A stretch of DNA of 63,172 bases, the filler included, from an uncultured bacterium (lineage in GTDB: Bacteria > DAOPZR01), in the NCBI GenBank assembly GCA_964637655.1. It is 10 parts of 10 records of this genome, joined end to end, with 100 filler letters (N's around TTAATTAATTAA, not from the genome) between each part and the next. Parts side by side here need not be neighbours in the genome. Positions count along the whole stretch, not along the records: positions 6,454 to 12,803 come from CAZWUZ010000227.1; positions 12,904 to 19,233 come from CAZWUZ010000228.1; positions 19,334 to 25,620 come from CAZWUZ010000229.1; 7 more parts are not named here. One strand, 5' to 3'. The notes beneath the pieces were generated by a model. It was not told the DNA's origin, ran no database searches, and saw nothing but the letters and a program-made list of their open reading frames with translations. Every line of letters starts with the position of its first letter. Positions within the stretch are counted from its first letter, which is position 1. Below are positions 10,444 through 19,652 of this stretch, piece after piece. The translations under genes were made by a program, and so were the position numbers.

Positions 10444-12803
10444 AGGCTTCTTACCCTTTCAAGCACGCTGCCCAAGAGACCGGCTTGGTATGCACTATTC
10501 CGCTCCTGAACGAGCGGTATTTCATTGGAACCATCAATCAGACTGATAAAGTTGCCCGCTTCTGCTGAACAATCATACTTGCCTGCTGGCGTAACCACAG
10601 CCCAATTGTTCTGCGGCAAAAATATCACTGTGGCTATCAGTCGTCCGGACAGCAAGTCCCAAATACAAATCGTACCATCTTCGCTGGCAGAAAAAAGATA
10701 ATCCCCGGTTTCACTCATCGCAAGCGAATTTATCCTGCCCGTATGACCGCGCAGTGTTCTTGTTACATTCAATTTGTCGGGATCCCATATTTTTATCACT
10801 CCGTCGTTACTTCCCGTAACGACAATCCAGCGATGCCCGATAAATTCGACAGCGGTAATCATGTCGTCATGCTCGGTGAAAACGCCTGTTTGTTTGGTGC
10901 CATTATTGAGAACAAGGTATACATAAGCACGAATTATTTTACCATCTGCGGTTCTTGGCGAGTCATTTCCCGCCGCAATTACCAGGCGTCGGCTTGTACT
11001 TTGAAATGCTGATATTCCGGTATATGGGGCATTGACCAATACCAACTGGTCATTGATAAATGCGCTTGTGTCCCGAGTCGTATCGCCAATGGCGATAAGG
11101 CGACCCATCATGTCGATGTGCGTTGTAATAATGATGTTGCCACGCGGGTCATGGAAACTAGCCAGTAGCTTGTCAGAATTATATTCAAACACGTTGGTAA
11201 TGTTGTTTGTCGACCGGGTGACCATACCACTACCATGTGCGGCACCAAAACTTCGATGAAGCGAACCAAAGGAAAACGCCACTATATCGCCTTCGTTCCT
11301 GTAAAACGACCGTTGCCGAATATCTTCTTGTGTATGATTTCGATTGTTAGCATCATCATACGCCACAGCCCAGACAGGTCGAATTCTATCTGGAGTATTC
11401 TTATTAAAGTCATGAAACAGACTTTCCATATTACTAAATAGACCCAAACCCCTGAGCGTGCCATCGGCTAACCCGGCCATTAGAAGTCGATCTCTGCCAA
11501 TGGCAATCGCCTTGACGACTGTGAATGTGCCCGTGAAATTCCGTTGTATTTCATGGCGGGGAGATGATGAAGTTCGTGTAGTTACTGATACCGCCGGTCT
11601 TTCCGGAAGTGGATACCTGTGCTCCGCCCACCACCATCCACCCACAACAACCGCCCCCAGCGGCCCAAACAATACTAAAGTTGCCATCATCCGCTCTGCC
11701 AACCGCCGTTTATTTGCCGGCAAGAGACCCAAAACCGACATTTCTATCTTGAGACGCCGGCGACGCGCCATGAGCAAGTCCGCATTATACCGCAATTCCT
11801 GGCTAGTGGCCGCCTGTTCCTCGAACTGGCGGCGCGCTAAATCCACAACTTTTTCCGACTCAGCCGCCTCCTTCTCCAAGTCTTCTGCCCGTTCCTTTTC
11901 CTCCGATTTCACCACCAGGCACTCGCGCACCTTTTGTTCGTCATTTGCTTCATGCGCCTTCTCCACATCTGTTTCGCATTCTCGCAGTGCCACCCGACAC
12001 GCATCTGCTTTCGCTCGCACCCGGTTCCGCAGTACGGTCGCCTCTTCCAGCCGGCGTCGTGCTGTTCCCAGGTTCTGTTCCGCCGCTGTCACCTCGTTCC
12101 GCAACCGGATTGCGGTCAATTCAGTTCGGTCGAATACTTCCAGCCACTGGTATCGGACCCGGGACGTTACCAAAGACCACGTTCGTTTCCATTGCGGAAT
12201 CCGATGTCGCTCAAGTTGGTGATCAATCGGCTCGTATGGCGTCGCTAACTCCTGCGAAATCGACTTTCCCCTTTCCCAACGTTCGATATCCGCGAGAACT
12301 GACTGACAGTCCGCATACCGGTTCGCGGGCTCACACGCCAGCAATCGCGCCAACACCGCATCCGCCTGCTGCGGCAGTTTCGGTACAATCGTCGTCGCCA
12401 GTGGATAGGTTCCGCACTCATGCGCTTCCAGTATTGCCGCTGAAGTCGCGCCCGCAAAGGGTAGTCGTCCTGTCAGTAAGCGGAACAGGACCACCCCTGC
12501 CGCGTATAGGTCGGATTGCCGGGAAGCACTCTCGCCCCGTGTCAGTTCTGGTGCCATGTACTCAATCGTGCCGAGCATTTCGCCTGATTGCGTAACCGAG
12601 TTTTCTTCTTCGATGATCCGCGCCAAGCCGAAATCAGCCAGTTTTACCGTATCAGTCGCTGACTCGATCAGGATATTCCCCGGTTTTAGATCACGATGGA
12701 TAACACCCAACTCGTGTGCTGCACCCAATCCGGCCAGAATCTGCTTGAAATAACGCAGGGCTTTATCGATCGGCAAAGGCTGTTTTAGCCGTTCCCGCAG
12801 CGA
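10440..12803 (-). CDS. Hanks-type Ser/Thr kinase - PspA/IM30-like coiled coil - TM - WD40 propeller (5' partial)
   Basis: HRDLKPGN, DFGLAR, APE; closely paralogous to the downstream kinase; WD40 motifs TGSNDGVIKIWD, GHTGRINSL, SASEDGTICIWD; stop overlaps the next GTG. Confidence 0.9.
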   Translation of the reverse strand, partial: SLRERLKQPLPIDKALRYFKQILAGLGAAHELGVIHRDLKPGNILIESATDTVKLADFGLARIIEEENSVTQSGEMLGTIEYMAPELTRGESASRQSDLYAAGVVLFRLLTGRLPFAGATSAAILEAHECGTYPLATTIVPKLPQQADAVLARLLACEPANRYADCQSVLADIERWERGKSISQELATPYEPIDHQLERHRIPQWKRTWSLVTSRVRYQWLEVFDRTELTAIRLRNEVTAAEQNLGTARRRLEEATVLRNRVRAKADACRVALRECETDVEKAHEANDEQKVRECLVVKSEEKERAEDLEKEAAESEKVVDLARRQFEEQAATSQELRYNADLLMARRRRLKIEMSVLGLLPANKRRLAERMMATLVLFGPLGAVVVGGWWWAEHRYPLPERPAVSVTTRTSSSPRHEIQRNFTGTFTVVKAIAIGRDRLLMAGLADGTLRGLGLFSNMESLFHDFNKNTPDRIRPVWAVAYDDANNRNHTQEDIRQRSFYRNEGDIVAFSFGSLHRSFGAAHGSGMVTRSTNNITNVFEYNSDKLLASFHDPRGNIIITTHIDMMGRLIAIGDTTRDTSAFINDQLVLVNAPYTGISAFQSTSRRLVIAAGNDSPRTADGKIIRAYVYLVLNNGTKQTGVFTEHDDMITAVEFIGHRWIVVTGSNDGVIKIWDPDKLNVTRTLRGHTGRINSLAMSETGDYLFSASEDGTICIWDLLSGRLIATVIFLPQNNWAVVTPAGKYDCSAEAGNFISLIDGSNEIPLVQERNSAYQAGLLGSVLERVRSL

Positions 12804-12928
12804 NNNNNNNNNNNNNNNNNNNNNNNNNNNNNNNNNNNNNNNNNNNNTTAATTAATTAANNNNNNNNNNNNNNNNNNNNNNNNNNNNNNNNNNNNNNNNN
12901 NNNTACCGTCACCGTCCGCAGCATCGCC

Positions 12929-13261
12929 CTACCCCCGTTTGCGCGGGTCGTGCCATTCCGCATACGCCTTGCGGAAGGCCTCGTCCCAGTTCGTCCCGTC
13001 GTAATGTTTCTGGATCAGGTCTTCGAGTGAACCTGCCGTCCCCCAGCGTTCCTGCCGGGGCAGGCGCGCCAGCAGCAGGTAGAGGAACACAAGGTCGGCG
13101 ATGACGATGGTGACAATGGCCACCAGCATGACCGTCGACTGCTCGACACTCAGGTGTTCGCGCGCGCACTGCGCCGCCAGCGCGGCGATGACATTGAAAC
13201 TGAGCATGATGCAGAGGATGAGCACCACCCGCAGCACAGGATGCGCGTTCTTCTTCTCCAT
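12929..13261 (-). CDS. Small two-TM membrane protein
   Basis: GGAG RBS, MEKKNAHPVLRVVLIL..., two hydrophobic helices. Confidence 0.65.
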   Translation of the reverse strand: MEKKNAHPVLRVVLILCIMLSFNVIAALAAQCAREHLSVEQSTVMLVAIVTIVIADLVFLYLLLARLPRQERWGTAGSLEDLIQKHYDGTNWDEAFRKAYAEWHDPRKRG

Positions 13262-13262
13262 G

Positions 13263-13748
13263 TCACTCCTCCAGCCGGACGATTTCCGCGCGCGGCGGCC
13301 CGTCACCGAGGTGCAGCCACGCAAAGGAATGGTACGGGGCATAACGGTTGTCGGTCGGGCTCCCCGGATTGAGGAAGAGCACGCCGTGTTCCTCGCACAC
13401 CTCAGGATGATGCGAATGGCCGTAGATGATCACCTGCGCCTGCGGGAACTGCGCCTGCACGCGCGCGGCGATGCCGTCAGGCGCGCCCGACCCGTGGGCG
13501 ATGCCGACACGCACCCCCGCCAGCGTCAGCAGTTTGGTGCGCGGGAACTGCGCGCTGATGGCGGCGCCGTCCATGTTGCCCGCCACCGCTTCGACAAGGG
13601 TGATGGCGCGCAGCGCGTCAATCACTTCCGTGCAGACCAGGTCGCCGGCATGGATGACCAGGTCGGCTTCTTTCGCCGCCGCCAGCACTGCCGCGGGGAG
13701 CGCTTCCCCGCGCTCGAGATGCGTGTCGGAAAGAACGAGAATTTTCAT
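13263..13748 (-). CDS. Metallophosphoesterase, YfcE/MJ0936 family
   Basis: SDTH, HAGD, GNMD, HG, GHSH, NPGS motifs. Confidence 0.93.
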   Translation of the reverse strand: MKILVLSDTHLERGEALPAAVLAAAKEADLVIHAGDLVCTEVIDALRAITLVEAVAGNMDGAAISAQFPRTKLLTLAGVRVGIAHGSGAPDGIAARVQAQFPQAQVIIYGHSHHPEVCEEHGVLFLNPGSPTDNRYAPYHSFAWLHLGDGPPRAEIVRLEE

Positions 13749-14434
13749 CGACGCAGCGACCAGTCCTCGCGCAGGCCGGGATTCTCGATACAGTTCTGCG
13801 CCCGCCAGGACGTGCCGTCAACCACGCCGGCCAGATAGCCGACGGGCGCGCAGCGGCGCTGGATATCCGCCAGCGACAGCAGCACGCCAACCACCAACGC
13901 GGCAACGGCGACCCGATACACATACCGGTGCGGCTCGCCGCCGATACGCTTGCGTATCGCCCACAGCGGCAGCGCCAGCAGCGCGAGGAAGAGCACCGTC
14001 AGCAACAGCTGTGCCGCAGAAACCACGGCAAAACTGCCCGGAAACCAGACAAGCAGCGCCAGCAGGAAACCGGTACGCCCAAGGCGCTGACGCAACAATT
14101 CAGCAACGCAGGCCCAAAGAAGAAACAGCATCACCACCCCACCCGCGGGTTCGGGCGTAAGAGAGACAGGCAGCATTGCCAGTGCCGCCGCCAGCAGAAT
14201 GGGCAGCAGCAGCAGATGCTCAACCTGAAATCCGCGGCGCGGGTCAGCGTGCCGCCACAACGGCCAGGAGACCAGCAGCATCAGTGCGACCGTCAGCAGG
14301 CCGCGCCATACCGGAACCTCCGGACGCAGCGGCAGCGGGTGGGTCAGCAGGTAAGCACCCAGCACCAGCGCCGCCCACAGCAGGAAGAGCAGCGGCGCGA
14401 ACTCAGGACGCGGCCGACGCAGCGTCGTCGTCAT
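13745..14434 (-). CDS. Hypothetical multi-pass membrane protein
   Basis: 6-7 hydrophobic segments; stop overlaps the next ATG. Confidence 0.65.
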   Translation of the reverse strand: MTTTLRRPRPEFAPLLFLLWAALVLGAYLLTHPLPLRPEVPVWRGLLTVALMLLVSWPLWRHADPRRGFQVEHLLLLPILLAAALAMLPVSLTPEPAGGVVMLFLLWACVAELLRQRLGRTGFLLALLVWFPGSFAVVSAAQLLLTVLFLALLALPLWAIRKRIGGEPHRYVYRVAVAALVVGVLLSLADIQRRCAPVGYLAGVVDGTSWRAQNCIENPGLREDWSLRR

Positions 14435-15548
14435 CCTTCCCGCCGAACAGCGAGATGCCGATGATACCGAGCAGGGCGATAGCGAAGAGGGCAATCCCGA
14501 GACGCTCGCTCCAGCGTTTGAGGGAGGCATACTCTTCGACTTCCGGCTGCAGGCGCACGAGCGTCAGCGCCGACTCGGGACGCAGAAAGCGCGGATCGGA
14601 GGCAAAATCATTCTCCACCGCAACGTACACCGCGGCGAACTGTTCCGCGGTCACCGCCTCCGTCCCGCAGTGGACAGAGAAATCCCCGCCGATCGCCGCC
14701 GCCTGCGCCAGGCCCATCGCGGAAAGCGGTTCGCTGCTGACGAACGGCAGACCGGTCTGCACGTCGTGCAGCACCCATTTGCCCGGTGCCAGTTCGGGAA
14801 TATAGCACTCGACGAGCCAGCGGTCGGCATCCTGCGCGTCGCGGGCGAGCACCAGCCGCGCCGGCAGGTGGTTTTTCCACGCCGTGGCGACCACCGCCGC
14901 AGCCACCTGCTGCGGGGCGGGCGCGGCGTCACCGGACGGCAGCAGGATAAACGGGGTGAAGGAGGAGACCGGCCGGACCTTCGCCGCCGCCGCCAGGTCA
15001 CGCACCGCAGCGATCAGCCGGGTGGCATACGTGCCGCTCCCCTCGGTATCGCCGCGCGGCACCACGGGCAGGCCGGCCAGCGCCGGCGCCGACGGTTGTT
15101 CCCACTGCCAGGCGATGACCCGGCCGAGCGTGGCAAAGGTGGCGCGCTGCGCGGGCGCCAGGATATCACCACCGCGTTTTTCCACGGTAAAGGTCTCCGC
15201 CCGCACCCAGGCCGCCAGCGGCCCGCTCACCGCCAGGGCAAATTCATTGCGCCCTTCGCGCAGCGGTTCGCGCCACGTCAGCGAGGTCAACGGGCGCAGG
15301 CGCCCGTCACGCCCGCCGCGCAATTCATGCCCGGGCGGCAGCGTGCTTTCCGCCGTCAGTTCAATTTCGTTTTCACTGATGATGCGGTAGCCGAGCGCCA
15401 CCTGGGTCAGCAACGGATTGACATCGAAATACCCGAGCGCGGGATCCGCATCGTTGTTGTCCAGCGTCAGCAGGCGCAGCGGCAGTTCCGCCAGTACCGG
15501 TGCCGCGCCCAGCAGCAGGCAGGCAATTACCAGCATCGTCTTGAGCAT
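14403..15548 (-). CDS. Exported protein with C-terminal TM anchor and degenerate transglutaminase-like segment
   Basis: Signal peptide MLKTMLVIACLLLGAAPVLA; LPARLV...WLVECYIP...KWVLHD resembles the transglutaminase core; C-terminal TM. Confidence 0.6.
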   Translation of the reverse strand: MLKTMLVIACLLLGAAPVLAELPLRLLTLDNNDADPALGYFDVNPLLTQVALGYRIISENEIELTAESTLPPGHELRGGRDGRLRPLTSLTWREPLREGRNEFALAVSGPLAAWVRAETFTVEKRGGDILAPAQRATFATLGRVIAWQWEQPSAPALAGLPVVPRGDTEGSGTYATRLIAAVRDLAAAAKVRPVSSFTPFILLPSGDAAPAPQQVAAAVVATAWKNHLPARLVLARDAQDADRWLVECYIPELAPGKWVLHDVQTGLPFVSSEPLSAMGLAQAAAIGGDFSVHCGTEAVTAEQFAAVYVAVENDFASDPRFLRPESALTLVRLQPEVEEYASLKRWSERLGIALFAIALLGIIGISLFGGKDDDDAASAAS

Positions 15549-15558
15549 CGTTTTTCTC

Positions 15559-15864
15559 CTATTTTTCACCAGCCGCAAGATCATCAAACTGCAGACCGAC
15601 CTTGCGTACCAGCGGTTCAAGTTCCTTCACCCAGCAGACGCGAGCCACCATCCGGGGCAGTTTTCCCGCCTTGACCTCGACGGTCTGCCCGTTCTGGAGT
15701 GCCGGTTTCCCGGTGAAGATCAGGGCACACCCGGAAAACGACTCGTCGATAACCAGCGTCCAGCAGGTTTTCCGTTCCCCGTTCTCGGTATACGTCAGTT
15801 CCGCCGGCGTTCCCTCTTCCGCCGGAAAACGGAAATGGCTGCGCCGTTGTTTTGCCCCGGTCAT
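15559..15864 (-). CDS. Stand-alone PilZ domain protein (c-di-GMP receptor)
   Basis: QRRSHFR (RxxxR), DESFSG (DxSxxG), ARVCW and VGLQF. Confidence 0.85.
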   Translation of the reverse strand: MTGAKQRRSHFRFPAEEGTPAELTYTENGERKTCWTLVIDESFSGCALIFTGKPALQNGQTVEVKAGKLPRMVARVCWVKELEPLVRKVGLQFDDLAAGEK

Positions 15865-15934
15865 ACCTGCCTCCCGGCACCATACTCAGGTGCACGCGAG
15901 CGAGTATACCTTATTCCCCGACCGGCGAAAAGCG

Positions 15935-15963
15935 TTGACAGGCGCATACCGCGCGGGTATCAT
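15935..15963 (+). promoter_or_regulatory. Sigma-70 promoter, probably giving a leaderless mRNA
   Basis: TTGACA-17-TATCAT; ATG 15971 lies 7 nt after the -10 with no RBS. Confidence 0.65.
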
Positions 15964-15970
15964 GCCTGCC

Positions 15971-16771
15971 ATGACCGCGCCGCTGCTCGAACTCGACCGG
16001 GTCAGTTATGCCTTTCCGGGACGGATGCTGCTCCGGCGCATCACCTGGCACATCGCCCCCGGTGAACGCTGGGCAGTGCTCGGCCCCAACGGGGCGGGCA
16101 AAACGACGCTGCTGCAGCTGGCGCTCGGCCTGCTCTGGCCCAACCGCGGCGGTCGCATCCGGCGTCACGGCGAGACGCATACCGACCTGCGCGAATTCCA
16201 CTGTCGCGTCGGGTTTGTCTCGACCGGACTGCTCGCCCAGGTGCCCGGTGACGAACCGGTACTGCGCACGATTATCTCCGGCAAATTTGCGCAGTTCGGC
16301 CTCTGGGAACGCCCGTGGAACCCGCCACGCCGCACGGACTATGCCTCTGCCCGGGCGCTGCTGCGGACCTGCGGTCTGACCCGCTTTGCCCACCGTGAAT
16401 TCGGCACCCTGTCACAGGGTGAACAGCAGAGTGTGCTGATTGCCCGGGCGCTGATGGCAACCCCGGTGCTGCTGGTGCTCGATGAACCGTGTGCGGGACT
16501 CGACCCCGGGGCGCGCGCCAACGTACTCGCCACGCTCGCCCGGCTCTGCCGCCGCGCGCCGCAGCTGGCGATGGTCTACGTGACCCACCACATCGAGGAG
16601 ATCATCCCGGCCTTCTCCCGTACCCTCATTCTCGCTGACGGCCGGGCGGAAACCGGCAGCACGCGCGCGCTGCTGACCGCGGCGCGCCTCTCGCGCCTCT
16701 ACCGCGTGCCCTGCCGCGTGCGACGCTGGCAGGGGCGCCATCACCTCATCGTCCGGGACCGCGTCCGGTGA
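15971..16771 (+). CDS. ABC ATP-binding protein (YlmA/ModF-like)
   Basis: GPNGAGKTT, LSQGE, LLVLDEP, VTHH. Confidence 0.9.
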   Translation: MTAPLLELDRVSYAFPGRMLLRRITWHIAPGERWAVLGPNGAGKTTLLQLALGLLWPNRGGRIRRHGETHTDLREFHCRVGFVSTGLLAQVPGDEPVLRTIISGKFAQFGLWERPWNPPRRTDYASARALLRTCGLTRFAHREFGTLSQGEQQSVLIARALMATPVLLVLDEPCAGLDPGARANVLATLARLCRRAPQLAMVYVTHHIEEIIPAFSRTLILADGRAETGSTRALLTAARLSRLYRVPCRVRRWQGRHHLIVRDRVR

Positions 16772-18210
16772 ACCGCGACCGCCGCTGGCAGGACGAAGTC
16801 ATTTACATGATCCTCGTGGACCGTTTCTGCCGCGCGGAGGGCGCCACCCCCGCACCGCAGCCGCCGTGGCACGGCGGCAATCTCGCCGGCATCCGCAGCA
16901 AGCTCGATTACCTGCAGGACCTCGGGATCAGCGCGCTCTGGCTGTCGCCCGTCTACCGCAACCAGCAGGACGGCTGCCACGGCTACTGGCCCGTCGATTT
17001 TTACGCGGTGGACGAACGCTTCGGCACGCTGGCCGAACTGCGCGACCTCATCGACGAGTGCCACCGGCGCGGGTTGCGCGTGCTGCTCGACATGGTGCTC
17101 AACCACGCCGGCTATGACCACCCGATGGCGCGCGACGTGCGCTACCGCAGCTGGTTCCACCGCGGCGGCGACATCCGCTGGTTCGACCAGCGCAGCATCG
17201 AGCGCGGCGCGCTGCACGGCCTGCCCGATTTCGCGCAGGAAAAGCCCGAGGTGGCGCAGTACCTCATCGACAACTGCCGCTGGTGGCAGCAACAGACGGG
17301 GTGTGACGGGTTCCGCCTCGACGCGGTCAAGCATGTCCCTGCCGCTTTCTGGAAACAGTTCAGCGCGGCCATGCATGCGCAGGCGGGCCCGGATTTTCTG
17401 CTGCTGGGCGAGGTCTACCGCGGTGTGCCGGCGTATATCGCCCGCTACCAGCGCGAGGACGGCATCGACAGCGTCTTTGATGTCCCCTTCGCCGACACCG
17501 TGCGCAGCACGCTGAGCCACGGCAGCGAGACCCCGGCCCCGCCGCTCTGGCGGCGGTTGTGGCAGTTGCGGCACGAGTACCGCACCATGCTGCTGAACGA
17601 GATTCTGCGACGCCTGAAGGCGGGGCATCCCGGCAACCTGCGCGCGCTGTCCGCGCTGCACGCCGCCGACGGCGCCTACCGCGACCCGCACCTGCTGGCC
17701 ACGCTTATCGACAACCACGACCTGTCGCGGTTCGCCAGCGAGGCGAACCGCCCGGAGCGGCTGCGTCTGGCGCTGACGCTGCTGCTGACCTGGCGCGGCC
17801 TGCCGGTACTCACCTACGGCACGGAAACCGGGATGCGCGGCCGCACCGACGACGGCAGCAACCGCACGCCAATGGTGTTCGGCGCCGGGCCGGAACTGAC
17901 CGCGTACGTCCGCACGCTCATCCGCCTGCGGCGGGCGACACCGGCACTGACGCGCGGCACCCAGACGGAGGTGCATGCTGACCGTTCGGTCTATGTCTTT
18001 GTCCGTGATGACGGCAGGGAGCGGATCCTGGTGGCGCTCAACAACGCGCCGCGCGCCCAGGTGCGCTCGTTGCGCCTCCCCGCCTGGCAGGGCTACGACG
18101 GGGAATGGCAGCCACTGCTCCCCGGCGCCTCCCCCTGCACGGCGACAGCCGGCAAACTGAAACTTTCGTTGCCGGCACGCAGCGCACTGGTGTGGCGCGC
18201 GCCCGGTTGA
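16768..18210 (+). CDS. Alpha-amylase family glycoside hydrolase (GH13)
   Basis: HGYWP, DMVLNH, catalytic GFRLDAVKH, GEVY, DNHD. Confidence 0.93.
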   Translation: MNRDRRWQDEVIYMILVDRFCRAEGATPAPQPPWHGGNLAGIRSKLDYLQDLGISALWLSPVYRNQQDGCHGYWPVDFYAVDERFGTLAELRDLIDECHRRGLRVLLDMVLNHAGYDHPMARDVRYRSWFHRGGDIRWFDQRSIERGALHGLPDFAQEKPEVAQYLIDNCRWWQQQTGCDGFRLDAVKHVPAAFWKQFSAAMHAQAGPDFLLLGEVYRGVPAYIARYQREDGIDSVFDVPFADTVRSTLSHGSETPAPPLWRRLWQLRHEYRTMLLNEILRRLKAGHPGNLRALSALHAADGAYRDPHLLATLIDNHDLSRFASEANRPERLRLALTLLLTWRGLPVLTYGTETGMRGRTDDGSNRTPMVFGAGPELTAYVRTLIRLRRATPALTRGTQTEVHADRSVYVFVRDDGRERILVALNNAPRAQVRSLRLPAWQGYDGEWQPLLPGASPCTATAGKLKLSLPARSALVWRAPG

Positions 18211-18214
18211 ACTG

Positions 18215-19233
18215 TCAGCGGCGGCGCAGCCAGGCGGCAACAGCGGCCGGCGTGCGGGCCGCAGGGTAGCCCGCCCCGCCCAGTTCCTCCGCCAGCGCAA
18301 ACCAGCCGGGCGCGCTGGCGCCGGCAGACGCCAGTGCCGTCGCCAGCGCGGCGCCCTCCCCGTCCGCCGGCAGCGTGGTAAAGGTCCCGTCACGCACCAC
18401 CGTCACGCTGTCGGCCAGCGGCCAGAGTTCCGCCAGCTGATGGGTCACCGCCAGCACCGCGCCCCCGGCGGCGATAAACCGCTGCAGCATGCCGGCCAGG
18501 CGCTCCGCCTGGATACCGTCAAGGCCGCTCAGCGGCTCGTCGCAGAGCAGGATTTCCGGTTCGAGCAGCAGCAGCGAGGCAATAGCCACCTGCCGCTGTT
18601 CACCCTGGCTGAGCGTGAAGGGGCTGCGCGGCAGCCAGGCCGGGTCGAGATACTTTTCCCGCCGCACCCAGTCGAACACGCGCTGCTGTGCGTCCGCGCG
18701 CGGCACGCCGCGCCAGAGCAGGCCCGCGGCCAGTTCGTCGAACACCGTCGCGGCAAAGAGCTGACGCTCGGGGAACTGGAAGAGCAGACCGACCCGGCGA
18801 CGCAGTTCCAGCCACGTGGCGTTGTCGCGTCTGACGAGTGAGACACCGCGGTAGCGGTAGGCCCCGCACTGCGGGGCAAGAAAACCGCAGAGCAGCATGA
18901 GCAGCGTCGTCTTGCCGCACCCGGCGGCCCCGGCCAGCAGCATCAGGCCGGGGCGCACGACCAGCGACGCGTCGCGCAGCACCTCGCGCCGCTCGCGCCC
19001 GCGACCGTAGGTGAAACTGATCTGCTCCAGTTCGAGCAGCGGCTCCGTCGCCGCCGGCGGCCGCGTGGTCACCGGCGGCGTCCGGAGACCGCCGCCGCCC
19101 GCCGCCGCCCGCAGCGCGCCGGCCGGGTCTTCCCCGTCGGCAGAGGTCCGCCCGCGCAGCGCGAGCAGCAGCGCCTGCGCCGCCGGCAGGGCCGCGCCCA
19201 GCTGTTGCCGTGTCGCCCCGTCACGCCACAGCT
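18215..19233 (-). CDS. ECF transporter ATPase, probably the second half of a fused double ATPase (5' partial)
   Basis: GAAGCGKTT, LFQFPERQLF, SPFTLSQGE, DEP; the frame stays open from 19072 to the contig edge. Confidence 0.82.
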
Positions 19234-19333
19234 NNNNNNNNNNNNNNNNNNNNNNNNNNNNNNNNNNNNNNNNNNNNTTAATTAATTAANNNNNNNNNNN
19301 NNNNNNNNNNNNNNNNNNNNNNNNNNNNNNNNN

Positions 19334-19554
19334 AACTGCGAGGCGACGACGTTCTTGAGCACCTTGTGCTCCCAGACGCCGATGCCCGTCTCTTCCACCG
19401 CCATTTTTGCCAGTTTCACGCGGGCGTTGAAGCCCGCCTCGGCTACCGCCTTGACGATGGCGTCCACCTGCTGCTGGTCATACTGGCTGAAAATGCCCGC
19501 GGCCGCTTTGGCGCGGTCCATCACCTGTGCTACGCGTTCGCTGGGGGTGCTCAT
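19334..19554 (-). CDS. Acylating aldehyde dehydrogenase / AdhE N-terminus (partial)
   Basis: YDQQQVDAIVKAVA..LAKMAVEETGIGVWEHKVLKN. Confidence 0.85.
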
Positions 19555-19652
19555 CGTGGCCTCCGTGACGGTCGAATGGGCTGTATTGTAGCAGCAGGAA
19601 AGCGGCGGCGCAAGTCGGGGCGGTATGGTATAGTTGCCGCGGAGGGAACATC

